The notes beneath the pieces were generated by a model. The model did no database searches. It had not been told where the DNA came from and saw only the letters and a list, made by a program, of their open reading frames with translations. A program made the translations under genes and the position numbers. A DNA stretch of 64,000 nt. Origin: Octopus vulgaris. Taxonomy: Eukaryota. Below are positions 39,523 to 52,964 of this stretch, in pieces (within the stretch, counting starts at the first letter, position 1; every line of letters begins with the position of its first letter). The stretch covers positions 98,766,001 to 98,830,000 of the forward strand of contig OX597821.1 of the NCBI GenBank assembly GCA_951406725.2. Direction: 5' to 3'.

Positions 39523-39892
39523 TGTAATTTACATTTGGATTAATGTAGCTAAACATGTTTCTCATAGCAAGACTAGCTGAAGGAAAAGTTCTGTTTGAAG
39601 TGCATATTCAGTTGTTGTAAAGTGACAAAGAAAGATATCTAACTTCAGGGTGTAACATATATTTTAACAATAATGGTTATCTGTTCATGCAATTTGTCAA
39701 GGTAGCTTAGTCTGTGCAATGGAAATAAAAGATATGAGGACAAAAACTTCCACAAAGCTATGGTTAGTTGTTGTTTTCAGAAAGGTTGTAATGTGAAAGA
39801 AGCTTAACAGTAACAAAGTCATGGCCTGTAGTGTTAGAAGCAGTGAACCATGTACTGGTAGAAGTTTGCAATAAGCCAAAAACCAATACATA

Positions 39893-40287
39893 TACTCTTT
39901 TACTTGTTTCAGTCATTTGACTGCGGCCATGCTGGAGCACCACCTTTAGTCGAGCAAATCGACCCCGGGACTTATTCTTTGTAAGCCCAGTACTTATTCT
40001 ATCGGTCTCCTTTGCCGAACCGCTAAGTGACGGGGACGCAAACACACATTGTCAAGCAATGCTAGGGGGACAAACACAGACACACAAGCACATACACACA
40101 CATACATATATATATACATATATACGACAGGCTTCTTTCAGTTTCCGTCTACCAAATCCACTTACAAGGCTTTGGTCGGCCCGGGACTATAGCAGAAGTC
40201 ACTTGCCCAAGATGCCACGCAGTGGGACTGAACCCGGAACCATGTGGTTGGTTAGCAAGCTACTTACCACACAGCCACTCCTGCGCC
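39893..40287 (-). mobile_element. SINE family A
   Basis: Inverted copy. Confidence 0.9.
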
Positions 40288-41367
40288 TATATATATATAT
40301 GCAGATAATTTAGACAGATATATACTAGGTGAAGATGCATCTAAAAAACTTGCTGTACTGATATAGCTGACCTGCTGTTCTGCTGTTATATCAGGTGAAA
40401 CTGTGTCTCAAGGTCTGTATTGTTTCTAGTCAAGATTTACCAAATTTGACCTGAAGGTATATTGGTTTTGTATCTGCAGACACAGGGCACTGGTATTTTT
40501 TTTTTTATTATAAGATCAGGAATGAATATGCCCACATAAGACCATCATACTTTGCCAGTTCAGTTCTTAGTTGGTGATATGATGTTTATTAAATCAGGGT
40601 GTATTAATGATAATGACAGACAAATGAGCAAAAGAACTGTTTTTACCACCAGGTAAACTATTATCATGGCTGTGTCTCACAAGAAATTTTATTTGCTGCA
40701 AAATGTGCCTAAACTAGGCCAAATATATTTCACAACAATACGGTCAATAAGGAAATTGTTTGTTGAGTGGCTGGAACATCACTACTTGTTGGAAAATCGC
40801 TGGATATAAAATATTGAGGGATGTCATCACAAGTAACATAAAGAAAAAAAAACAAAAAAAACTGCAGTATATTAATGAAGAGAAGAAATGAAGTAATTGC
40901 AATATGCAGCAAAAATATCAATACAAACAGGTAATGAAAAATAAGCTTGTGTCTTGGCCATAAGAAGCAAATAAAAGCAAATAATATGATAATAGTCTTT
41001 GTTATCTATTATTAATGTAATGTGTGTGAAAACTTCATAAAAACAGTGCTTTTGCTCATTTGTCTGTCATTATCATTAATGCACCCTGATTTATTCTGCA
41101 ATGTCTTCGTTATTGTAACTTATGGTCTTTTGCAGTTGCCTGTTGTATTCAATAATGTTTTTGGAATTTCAAATGGAATTCTTTTATTCACACAATGGGG
41201 TGAATTGTTTTTGTTCCATTGTCCATAGAATGGATATTCTCATAGTAGTCTCATACTGGTGAGGCCACCTGTTTATTCTACTGAAACCAGTGCATATACA
41301 GATTAGATTCAATGACCCATGGATTGAACCTATGCCCACCAGGTAAACGGAAACACCTGACACTTAA

Positions 41368-41517
41368 CCCTGTCGTTACCATATTTCTGTTGAGATGCTC
41401 TGTTTTTCTTTCAATTACTTTAAATATAACAAAGAATTTAGTAAAATAACTTAATTATCATTCAGCTAGTTTAGGAACATAAATTGTGACTAAGGTTTGG
41501 TGTTGGTAACAAAATGG
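41368..41517. mobile_element. piggyBac-type MITE family 1, internally deleted
   Basis: TTAA|CCCTGTCGTTACC...; body matches 31124-31344. Confidence 0.7.
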
Positions 41518-42797
41518 TTAGTTAGTATTTATATTCATTATGCTATTGTCTTGTAGGACAGTTAGGGGATGGACATTAGAAGTTTGAAACCTATATTTAA
41601 TGGTTTTAGGCTTGATGTTTTTTCTTATTTATAGGCTCCCATGTTCTGTTCATATCTATATTGGAGTTGCTGAAGAACTTATCAGAACCCTGTATATGCA
41701 CTGATTTTTTCAGTTGTCTTTTGCAGTGTTGTTCCAGAAGGTGGTGATACATCTTTTCCTACATGGAAGTTCAGCTATGACTGATTTCTTTGTCTGTCAA
41801 GAAAATTGATGGGGAACAGCACTGGAAAATAAGACAAATGGAAGAACTAGTGTACAAGCTCTGCTGTTATAACCTCCTTGGAAGGCCTAGATATATACTT
41901 TTAATTGGGAAAGAAACAAAATTAAGTTTAAAATTATTAAAAAAAACATTTCTACTCCTGTATCTATACCTGTATTGCATGATGTTAATGTAAGGTTGCC
42001 CCAACACATGCACACATGCAAACATACATATGATGGGCCACTTTCAGTTTTTGTCTAGCAAATCCATTCATAAGGCTAAAGTAGAAGACACTTGCCTAAA
42101 GTGTTGTGTTGTAGCAAGCTCCTCAAACACACAGCTACACCTGCAGCTTACTATGCTTGTCACTGGTCATGCCTTCATCTGTCCAGACATGGCTAGGTAC
42201 AGTGTGAATCAGTTTCAGTTAAAAACTTTTCAGCCAATATGTCTCTACTTCTCAACCCAAAAGATTTTTGTGTAAGTAAAAGGCTGAAGAGAAATTTCAA
42301 TGAAGCAAGGAGAGGAGAGGTTTAGTGAATTGAAAGGCTGGTTTGTCAAAGAAGAGTCTAGAGCGTTAGAGGGAAGTGTGGAAGTAAATAATAAACAAAA
42401 TGTGTACCACTGAAATGTTGTTCACGTTAGTCACCCAGTTTTGTCATTCTTCCATTATACCATTACCTCTTTATTACACATATGACACAACTAACTGTGG
42501 GGTATGCAGTTATATCTCATAACAACTGCTGCAATATTTCAATACAGAGGACAGAAAAAATAGTTTCCTATTATGTTCCATTTAATGAGCTTAATAACTC
42601 TGGTTTACAAATTTTTTTTTTTGCTCTGAGGCAAGGATGTGAATAGGTGTTTCTTACTAATTTTGATGTGGTGAATTCAATTTTCTGAATAGTTTTGCAC
42701 TATCACCTTTAGTGTTTTTGCTTTCACATATCTCATTTTAATTATCCTGCATATAAATTAAAAATATAATGTGTTTATTTCATCTGTTACAAAGGCA

Positions 42798-43031
42798 TCA
42801 TCTAACTGTTTCCAAATCCTCTGCATTGTCCTCATATTGACAGCCAAACACTCTGAAATGTTCACATTGGAGCTTCTGGCATGAATGCCAAGTAGTACAG
42901 CATGTTGTTTCCAAATTTGTGGCTGATTGAGTTGCTGCTATTTTTCTCACATGCGATGCCCAACTGATAAACATCCAAATGTATGCAAAATTAAAAATAT
43001 AAAATGGTGACAATTTACCTATCGCACCCTG
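42798..43031 (-). mobile_element. 5' end fragment of a second Tc1/mariner family
   Basis: Reverse complement of ~49325-49590 (GATAGGTAAATTGTCACCATTTTATATTTTTAATTTTGCA). Confidence 0.75.
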
Positions 43032-43055
43032 TGTGTGTGTGTGCATATATATATA

Positions 43056-43286
43056 TGTTTCTTTATTGCCCACAAGGGGCTAAACATAGAGGGGACAAAC
43101 AAGGACAGACAAATGGATTAAGTCAATTACATTGACCCCAGTGCGTAACTGGTACTTAATTTATCGACTCCGGAAGGATGAAAGGCAAAGTCGACCTCGG
43201 CGTGATTTGAACTCTGAACGTAACGGCAGACGAAATACAGCTATGCATTTCGCCCGGCGTGCTAACGTTTCTGCCAGCTCACCGCC
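43056..43286 (-). mobile_element. SINE family B
   Basis: Full copy within a (TA)n tract. Confidence 0.9.
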
Positions 43287-43479
43287 TTTATATATATATA
43301 TATATATAGACACACAAGGTGTTCTTCCATTTTATATATATAGAAAGATAGATAGGGATAGATTGATAGGTAGATAGATAGATAGACTGATAGACAGACA
43401 GACATTTTTTGTTTATACATTTTTTCATTTATCAAGTAATGGAACAAAACACACACCAAATTTGTATATATTCTTTTTC

Positions 43480-43876
43480 TTTTTTCTTTTACTTGTTTCA
43501 GTCATTTGACTGCGGCCATGCTGGAGCATCGCCTTTAGTTGAGCAAATCGACCCCGGGACTTATTCTTTGTAAGCCCAGTACTTATTCTATTGGTCTCTT
43601 TTGCCGACCCGCTAAGTGACGGGGACGTAAACACACCAGCATCGGTTGTCAAGCAATGCTAGGGGGACAAACACAGACACACAAACATATACACACACAC
43701 ACACATATATATATGACGGGCTTCTTTCAGTTTCCGTCTGCCAAATCCACTCACAAGGCTTTGGTCAACCCGAGGCTATAGTAGAAGACACTTGCCCAAG
43801 GTGCCACGCAGTGGGACTGAACCAGGAACCATGTGGTTCGTAAGCAAGCTACTTACCACACAGCCACTCCTGCGCC
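43480..43876 (-). mobile_element. SINE family A
   Basis: Inverted copy. Confidence 0.9.
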
Positions 43877-44049
43877 TATATATATATATATATATATACA
43901 ATTCCAAGACTTGTTAGTTTTGCTTGATTATCGCAGCAGCATGAAACTCAAGTTGTGAAACCAACTCTCAGCTTAAGTTTACTAGTTGTACACACTTTGG
44001 AGACCACTGACATGTTACCCTCAAACCTATATATAAAAAGTCTCATTGA

Positions 44050-45970
44050 AAAAACTCAAAGTATATTAATATGCATGAAATGGAAAGCATACTTTTTGAT
44101 TAAAGTACATCAGATATCTTTCTACTCTTGTAAAACATAACTCCACCATATAATAAGAACATGCAACCATTTGAGACAGACCTTATCAATCTCAAAAAAA
44201 AGTAAGCCATTCTAACAATTTTCAATAGGAGTTAAAAGAACATCTCCCCTTCAAAGATTCCAGTAACCTTTTTGTATAGGCCAACAAAACAAAAATATCT
44301 ATATATAAACTAGTCAGAATTATGACTCACTTCTGCTCAGTAACATCAAAAGCATATACAAAAAGAAAAAAAGAACAGCAGCTACAGTACTTACAACAAG
44401 ATTAATAACAAGGCTAAATGCTTAGTACCATATATGGACATAAAAGAGTAGAGCATTTCTATTGCCAGACCACAAAGTCAATTTCATCAGTAACTTCAAG
44501 TATAGACTCATTAATCCTATGAAGAGTGAACCAGGAAAGATCAGCAAGAGTATACTTGTCAATATCAATGCCAAAATCAGAATGTCCTCTGACTTCAAAC
44601 AATAGAACTGTAGTAATGGCACTATTAGGTGATTCAATAACTTCAAGGATTAGCACAGTTTAATATTATAGAATTTTACCCATCCATATCCTGAAACCTT
44701 CTACTCCAAGTACTTGTTTTTAGTAAAAAATTATACCTTAATCTTGGAACTAGACATCAATGCTATTCTTAACAACAGAAAATCACAGTTATTCTATGAT
44801 AACTGTTTTGGGGTTAGAAGTATGGAGATGAGCTTTTTGACATCTCCATGGGCAGCTTTGATGGCACTGAAATTGCAAATCTTGTTGGACACTGTATCGC
44901 AATAAGAAACTGGATATAGTCAAAACTCATTGTAGCTATGATGTGAATAAAGTAAGGAAATAATTAAAAACATATTTTCAAACAGTTTGGCCTCAAGATA
45001 ACATTCATGACCAACCTGAATGGTGAACGAGCAATGACTTACACTGATCATATCATAAGCCAAACAAAAATAATATCTACATCAACAAAGGCTCTAAGCA
45101 CCTATCTAACATCATTTGATATATATAATTGACAATGTAAGTAGATGTATTTCTAACCTGTCTTCAAATAGGGAAATATTCAATAGAGCTTCCGTATTAC
45201 AACAGTATGCTGAAAAGATATGCCTTCACCAGCAAAATTAGGTATTTAGAGACTGCTTCCATCAAGAAAAGTAAACCCAGAACCAGAAAAATAATATGGT
45301 TTAATCCATCTTACAGTTTCAGCATAACAACCAACACTGCAAGATGCTCCTTCTCTCTTATAAGAAAGTACTTCTCCAGTCAACACAGATACCACTAAAT
45401 ATTCAATAAAAATACAGTCAAAGTTAGTTATAATTGCCTCAGTATATTACAGTGTCATAGATATTAAGATAATAAGAGGACTGTACATACTAATGATTTG
45501 AATCCAACTCAACAAGACTGAGATTGTAGAAACTGGTTGCTATGTCCACTAGATAATTGGTGCCTCACAAAAGAGATCTTCTACAAGACCAAAGTTCTAT
45601 ACAATGGAGATACTGCAAAATCATATATAGAGCTCACAAAATACATCTTTGAGGCCCATTTCATGCAACACTTTTACATGTTCTGTAACAGTAGTGGGAG
45701 GAATTCTACATCTCTATCCAAGTATATCTGGCATCTAAAGGACAATGGTATAAATATTCCTGCCATCAAGTGGAGCATTTTAGCAAAATCAAGTGGAGTA
45801 TTTTAGCAAAAGCAAGTGCCCATAACAGAAGGGGCACAAAATATAATCTATGTATAACTGTAAAACTGAGCATCATACCTGCAACTAACATGCTAAATTC
45901 AAGAGAGAAGACATTTTCCCCCTGCTTTCAAGCAAAAAAGTTCAGTCTGCAAATATTTAAACATACTTCT
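44050..45970 (+). mobile_element. Decayed Penelope-like element (RT + GIY-YIG)
   Basis: MGSFDGTEIANLVG, RTRKIIWFNPSYS, CPLDNWCLTKEIFYKTKV...KSYIELT...STSLSKYIWHLKD...IKWSILAKA...YNLCITVKL. Confidence 0.85.
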
Positions 45971-46329
45971 TCCCCAGAACAGGATAGCAGCAACCGTGAA
46001 TGAAATTTCTAATCATAGGGTCCCCACTTCATCCTTATCATAATAATGATTGTTACTGCCCACCCCATCATTATCCTAACTATTACTGTCATTATTACTA
46101 CCCACTCCTTTTGTCAGCGATTTCATTACTATCCTTATTATCACTAGTTGAACAGTTGTAAACAATGTTTTGTAACAAGGTCTTCAAAGTGATTATTTAT
46201 CAAATGTTTAAGTGTAACTTGTTTTTTTAAATGAATTTTTTCTTCATTTATTCATTGCTGTTCTGTAATTGTATATGAACATTTATAAATTGGAAATAAT
46301 TTTAAATTAAGTAGATTCATTCCTGCAAA

Positions 46330-47420
46330 TGTTATTACATGGTCACTAAACAGAAATTTTGGAATTTTCTTATCATTAATGTGTTGTCTGTGCAATAATC
46401 TGGGTTGTCCAATGTAGTTTTCCTGACATCCATGACATGCTGTTACACAGATTAAATTCTTAGAGTTGCAAGTAAGCTCTCTTTTAGTTTGAAGGTTTAT
46501 CTATCCGGAAACTTGAACTCTGAGCCTTTAGTTAAATTTATGTATGTAGCACAATTTCCTCTTCCACATGCTACAGAGAAGGAGATGTTGGAAACTCGTT
46601 CATGAATTTTCAAGCTAATAATTAATTTTTTCAATGTCTTGGGTTGTCTTCTGCTATTGATGATTTATTGATTTTCTAGAACTTTTAAAAGATTTTTTGA
46701 TATTCATATAAAATAAGCAAGTTTTTATAAATGTGGTCAAATATTTTAGTACTTCAAGAGTTATATGTAGATACATATGGCACTACTTTTTTTTATCTTT
46801 CTTAAATCTTGAAAATATATACATTTTGCTTTTTCTATTTCATTTGTAATTAGACTCAATAGAAATGCTCTTTGAATAAATATGTTCTTTAATTCTTCCA
46901 GTCTTTGATTACGTTTTGAAGGATTTGATACTATTGTGCAAATTCTTTTTTCAAAATTGAAAGAAATATTTTCATGTATGTTTAGGGTGACATGACATGA
47001 AGAGAAGGATTTTAGTGGATTTGCTTCTATCTTCTTACTCGTTTTCATAATCAAAATATTTTTAAATGGCACTTTTTTCTAGTTGAAATTCATCATAAAT
47101 TCAATATTATGGTTGATGCTGTTAATGAGATTTTTCAAATTCCATAAGTTTATCAAGATTACCCTGCCATAAATGTAACAGTCATCTAGATAGATATCTT
47201 TACCATTTGTCTTTTAAATATGTATAAAATGTGTTTTCAAATATCTAGCAATTTATTGTACATTTTTTCATGTTAACCCATGGGGGTAACTTTAGTACCC
47301 ATCTCTCTTCCTGATATTTGTCAGTACATTGAGTCATTCATTTTGAAATAATTGCTTTGCAATGTGAACCTCAGTCCATCAACAATGAAGTTTTTTCAGT
47401 GTAATCTGGTAACTGAAATT
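46330..47420 (-). mobile_element. Second decayed Penelope-like element
   Basis: Minus frames: QISGREMGTKVTP, YLDDCYI, FSSCH...ISFNFEKRICTIVSN...RLEELKNIF. Confidence 0.75.
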
Positions 47421-48344
47421 GAAAATGTTACTTTAATATATTCAGTTTTAGAATTTTTACAAGTGTTACAGATTTATTTTGTTTATTTTGGATAGGCCAT
47501 AAAAATTTCTGGTTTTGTATCTGAAGTTGCTAATATAACCAAATGTTACATCCTGGTTCTTCAGATGTCATTTCTCTCTCTTCGAATCCACTCTGTTGCT
47601 CATCTGAGCAATGGTACATACCCTAGATTATTGAGTATTTTCTGCACTTATACAATTACTATCCTCACCCACTTATGGACTTGCTGCAGTCATTTCTCTC
47701 TCTGCCTATTTTCCCTCCTTGGTCAACATATCCTAGTCCACTCTACATTGACCAGTGTATGAAGCACCACCAATCCTGTACTGATGCCAAAACAGAAAAC
47801 TCATAAATCCCACTCACTTAAGTGTGATTTGAAGCGAAGTAATTGCATTCTCCTGTCTGTTCAAGAGAAAATTCCAATTTTCCCATAATATTCTCCAAAC
47901 TTCCTTACTGCACCAATTGCATGCAGTGCAGCTACCTTGATAAGGTCTTCCAGCTTTAATAATAGACCAGGTAATCTAATAGGAAATATTCCTAGCCCTG
48001 AGGTGATGGATATAATTTGATGATGCAGTGGCTGATTTGTTTTTGATATTAGAAAATGAGCTAACATAAGCTCAGCATCACCTCTTGAAATCAGTGAAAG
48101 ACCCAGTGCATATTTTAGTCAAATTCTGGTGCTTAGCATAAACAGTCATCTTTATAAACTAAGCTATGTTGTAAGCAATGACACTTAGAGAGCAATTATT
48201 GAGTACTCTATAATTATAATTATTTGTATCATATGTTAAATTACCATTAGTATTGGTGTTTTATTATCAGTATTGTGATTCATCACACTATTATCAGTAA
48301 TATCAATACTATTAACATAATTATTGTTGTTGTTAATATTATTA

Positions 48345-48545
48345 TTCAGTTGGTAGAATCATTGGCATGCAGACACAATGTTTAATGATGTTTCACCCAT
48401 CTTTATGTTCTGAGTTTAAATTCTGCCAAGGTCAACTTTGCCTTTCAAGGTCATTAAACTAGTTACCAGCTGAGCACTGGGGTCGATGTTATCAACTGGC
48501 CCACCTCCCTAAAATTTCAGGCTTTGTGCTTATAGAAGAAAGAAT
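48345..48545 (+). mobile_element. Diverged SINE family B
   Basis: GTTCTGAGTTTAAATTCTGCCAAGGTCAACTTTGCCTTTCA. Confidence 0.7.
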
Positions 48546-49197
48546 TAATATTATTATTATTAATATTATGGGTTTTTCCTTCTTTATATTTGGTTTCCAT
48601 TTCTTCCAATTATTCCAATACTACTTTTAAATGAATGTCTAAAATCTCTTTATTATTAGGACAAGTAGTAGTAGTGGTGGTAGTAGTAGTGTTGATGCTG
48701 ATATTAGAGTAATGCCAAGGTAAAATTTTATTTATATTTTACTTTTGGCTTCAGTCATATGATATTAGAAGAGCTATTATAGTTAGAAATGCTGTTATTG
48801 TTATCAGAACAGTTAATATTAGCATTAGCTACAGTGACATCAATGTTATTATTATAGCTTCAATTATTATAATTATAATCATTCCGGTTATTTATGGATA
48901 AGGTCTTATTTTCATGTATAAGAAGCCATAATTATAGAATCAACATTAGACTTGTAATATTCATTTTTTAATTCAGTTTCAATTTGCTTTTAATGTCTGT
49001 TTTACTGTTATAATCAATCATTTTTCATCCCAGAGATTCCTGTCATTTTGAAAAGTAAAAATGTTCTCTCAAATCAGCTTTAAATGTTTATTTGATGAGT
49101 TGCTAATAAGTTATTGCTGCACCATTTATATAGACATTTATAGATGTTAATATATGTATATACAAATATGTGTGTATGGGTATATATGTGTGTATGT

Positions 49198-49273
<76 letters not shown>

Positions 49274-49324
49274 ATAAAATGGAAGAATACCCTGTGTGTG
49301 TGTGTGTGTATGTATATATATATA

Positions 49325-49995
49325 AAGAGTGTGATAGGTAAATTGTCACCATTTTATATTTTTAATTTTGCACATGTGGATTGTTTATTTTTGATTTTCT
49401 TGACTACACAGTATAGTAGGGTCAGTTGGGCACCGTATGTGAGAAAAACAGCACCAATTCACTCTGTCATAAATTTGGAAACGACATGCTGCACTGCTTG
49501 GCATTCATGTTGGAAGCTCCAATAAAAACATTTCAGAGCGTTTGGCTGTCAATATGAGGACAATGCAGAGGATTCGGAAACAGTTAGATGTGTCTAATAG
49601 TGATTATGAAGGTACTGCAGCTTGGAAAACTCTCTCTGATCATTCTGATAAAAAAAGAACTCCTAAGTTTGTTGGTGAGATCCATGTCCCTCCAAATCAA
49701 TCAGGTCCATTGCCTGGGACATGGGAGTGTCTGATTTTCTTATCAGGCTGGTAAAGCATGACAACATTCTGTATTCCTCATACAAGGTGAACAAGTGCCA
49801 ATTTTTATCCTAAGCCATCAAGGACAAGAGGAAAGGCTATGCTACAAAGCTTTTAAACAAACGCAAGCATCCTCTCCAACCGAACATGCTTTTGGCTTTT
49901 TCAAATGAGAAAAATTTCTGCCAGGATCAGATGGCAAATACATAGAACAACCATTGGCTTACTATGTCCACAAAGCATGTACTGAGAGTGATATG
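49325..49995 (+). mobile_element. 5' half of a decayed Tc1/mariner (maT-like) transposon
   Basis: AFSNEKNFCQDQ matches the first-Asp region of 2389-3621; terminal sequence shared with 42798-43031. Confidence 0.75.
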
Positions 49996-50192
49996 CAAAA
50001 ATCAACAACCAAGGAGAAAGCACTGCAAAATAAAGACTCACTATATAGCAGTACAACACTGGTCAGCAGACTGATACAAAAGAGTTGCATCAAGTGACTT
50101 CTAGTGGTGGAAGCCTGAACTACAATGGGCTTGTCCCATAGAGAACGTTTGTGGTTACTTTTGGGTACCCCCTCGTATAAATATATATATAT

Positions 50193-50422
50193 ATTTCTTT
50201 ACTACCCACAAGGGGCTAAACACATAGGGGACAAACAAGGACAGACAAACGGATTAAATCGATTACATCGATCCCAGTGCATAACTGGTACTTAATTTAT
50301 TGACCCCGAAAGGATGAAAGGCAAAGTCGACCTCGGCGGAATTTGAACTCAGAACGTAACGGCAGACGAAATACGGCTACGCATTTCGCCCGATGTGCTA
50401 ACGTTTCTGCCAGCTCGCTGCC
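50193..50422 (-). mobile_element. SINE family B
   Basis: TSD TCGTATAAATATATATA at 50173-50189 and 50424-50440. Confidence 0.9.
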
Positions 50423-50455
50423 TTCGTATAAATATATATAAATGGAAGAATACCC

Positions 50456-50487
<32 letters not shown>

Positions 50488-50710
50488 AAGGCTTGTGGCT
50501 TAGTGGTCAGGGTAATTAACTCAAGATCATAAGGTTGTGAGTTCAATTCTCAGCAGTATGTTGTGTCCTTGAGCAAGACACTTTAATTCTCATTGTTTCA
50601 GTCCACTCAGCTGGCAAAAATGAATAGTACTTCTAATTCAAAGGGCCAGCCTTGTCACATTCTGTGTCACATTGAATCTCCCTGAGAACTATATTAAGGG
50701 TACACATGTT
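50488..50710 (+). mobile_element. SINE family D-like, truncated by the following LINE
   Basis: GTGGCTTAGTGGT A box; GGGCCAGCCTTGTCAC...GAGAACTATATTAAGGGTACA. Confidence 0.7.
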
Positions 50711-52750
50711 GTGTGAAAAAGTGCCACACCCTAGCCGTTGAGGGAACCTGTGGAAGAGGTAGACCCAGGAAAACCTGGGACAAGAGTGATGACCCTGCCT
50801 GACATGAGTCCTGGGCTCAGCTGGCTCCAGCTGACAGTACCCGGTATGGGCCCCTACCCAGGGTTGCGGAAAGGAGACAACCTTCAAAGAAATCCGGATT
50901 GGAGCCCCGTAGGCAGTTTAGTATTCAACTCGACACTCTTCTGGCAGCTCCTGCAACCAAGCTGGTGTCAAATGTAATGCTCTGCACTCCTTTGGACTAC
51001 ATCAGCAAGGTCGAGAGAGGAATCCTGACGATTGGGCTACCCAGGATTTTCTTACATCTAGCCCAGGCCTGCGCAAAACTGGAGAGGACACTTCAGTGCT
51101 GCTGTAAAAAGTGGCAGAAAAAACATGGGAGGTAGCAGTCACAAGTGATAAGTCCATTCTGATTGGTGTAGGATACAGATGTTACAGGTTACCTCTGATG
51201 ATGGGAGGGACCCTTCTATCCCACTGGTCGGTTACTGCCCACCTCAAGCTGGGCAGCCTCTGGTTAATAAGATAGTGACCCACCACAGGCTGCCTGCTTC
51301 ACTGGGTGCTTGGAGTTAAGAGTTTGACTTGAAAAGTGGCCTGCAACCTCTGCATCAGGCAAACAATCAAAAGACAAGAAACCACCAGTTCTGCGATTAG
51401 CAAGCTGGAATGTCAGGACCATGTGCTCTGACATATCTGATGACCTACTCAGGGTTGAAGACACAAGAAAGATGGCCATCATTAACTGCGAACTAAAGAG
51501 GCTCAACATAGACATTGCTAGACTGCAGGAGACAAGACTCCCCTCAAACGGCAAACTCAAAGAACAGGACTTCACCTTCTTTTGGCAGGGAAGAGATCCA
51601 GAGGAACCTCGTCAGCATGGTGTTGGCTTTGCAGTGAGAAACTCATTACACTCCTCAATAGAACCATCATCAGGAGGCACTGGGCATATCCTCTCTCTGC
51701 ATTTCTTAAGCTCTTCTGGCCCAGTACATCTACTGAGCATCTATGCTCCCTCTCTCTACTGCTCAGAAGAGACCAAGGTACCAGTTCTACAAAGATCTGA
51801 ACTGTGTCATTAGAAACATACCAGCCAATGAAAACATCTACCTTCTAAGGGACTTTAACGCTCATGTGGCATCTGACCATGACTCGTGGTCCATTTGTGT
51901 CGGACATTTTGGCATTGGCAATATGAATGACAATGGCCAGAGATTATTTGAATTTTGCACATACCATAACCTGTACATCACCAATACATTCTTTGCTAAC
52001 AAGCCATCCCACAAGGCATCTTGGAGACATCCAAGATCTCATCACTGGCATCAGTTGGATCTCATCATCACACGATGATCCTTTCTGAATTCTGTCCCAC
52101 TGAGCCGTAGTTATCACAGTGCATATTGTGACTCAGATTATTCACTAATAAGCAGCAGGGTGAAGATTCTGCCTAAAAAAGTCCATCACTCCAGGAAAAG
52201 GGGCCAACCACACATTAACACTGCCAGAATCTTGAACCCTATATTGCAGAAACATTTTACTGTTTTTATCAAGGCTGCTCTCAGTAGCTGCCCATCCTCC
52301 TCTGCTGAAAGCAGGTGGAATTATATCTGGGAAGCTTTGTATACCACATCAATATATATTTTCTGCATGAGTGAAAGGCATAACTCAGATTGGTTCAGTG
52401 CTGGGCTCTCAGAGTTGGAATTAGTTATCGAAGCAAAGCGCACAGCTCTGATGCAATACAATAGTGATTCTTCTACAAAGACACTCGAAGAACTCAGAAA
52501 GGCAAGCAGTAAAACCCAACTGACTGCCAGATGCTGTGCAAATAGGTATTGGCAGGAAATCTGTCAGAGTATCCAGTCAGCTGCTGATAGTTGTGACACC
52601 CATGGGATATATGCCAGTTTGAAGAAGGCCCTAGGTCCATTTGCAATCAAGTCAGCCCCTCTGAAGTCAACTACTGGAGATCTCCTGAAAGACCAAAGCG
52701 AGCAAATGGATAGATGGGTGGCGTTCTACCAGGATCTCTGCCGTCCATAG
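50711..52750 (+). mobile_element. RTE-clade LINE 5' portion (5'UTR + APE endonuclease pseudogene)
   Basis: LASWNVRTM...LNIDIARLQETRL...QHGVGFAV, SIYAP, RDFNAHV, NDNGQRL, SWRHPRSHHWHQLDLII; frameshifted; truncated before RT. Confidence 0.9.
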
Positions 52751-52964
52751 CAGAGTATGTGTAGCAGGATAGGAATAAGTGTCTGGCAGTAAAGGAGATA
52801 CATGGGTTTCTAAGAGAGGGAGGGAGGGAGGGAGAGAAGGAGAGGTAGGGAGAGAATGAGAGGGAGGGAAGGAGGGAGGGAGGGAGAGAAGGAGAGGGAG
52901 GGAAGGAGGGAGGGAGAGAGGATGGTGAAGATGTAATGGTGGGTGCAGTCAAATTACAGGGAGT

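Noticed and set aside
45768-45811. 23 bp tandem duplication giving IKWSILAK twice
   Set aside because: Ordinary slippage in a dead Penelope-like element, not a programmed frameshift
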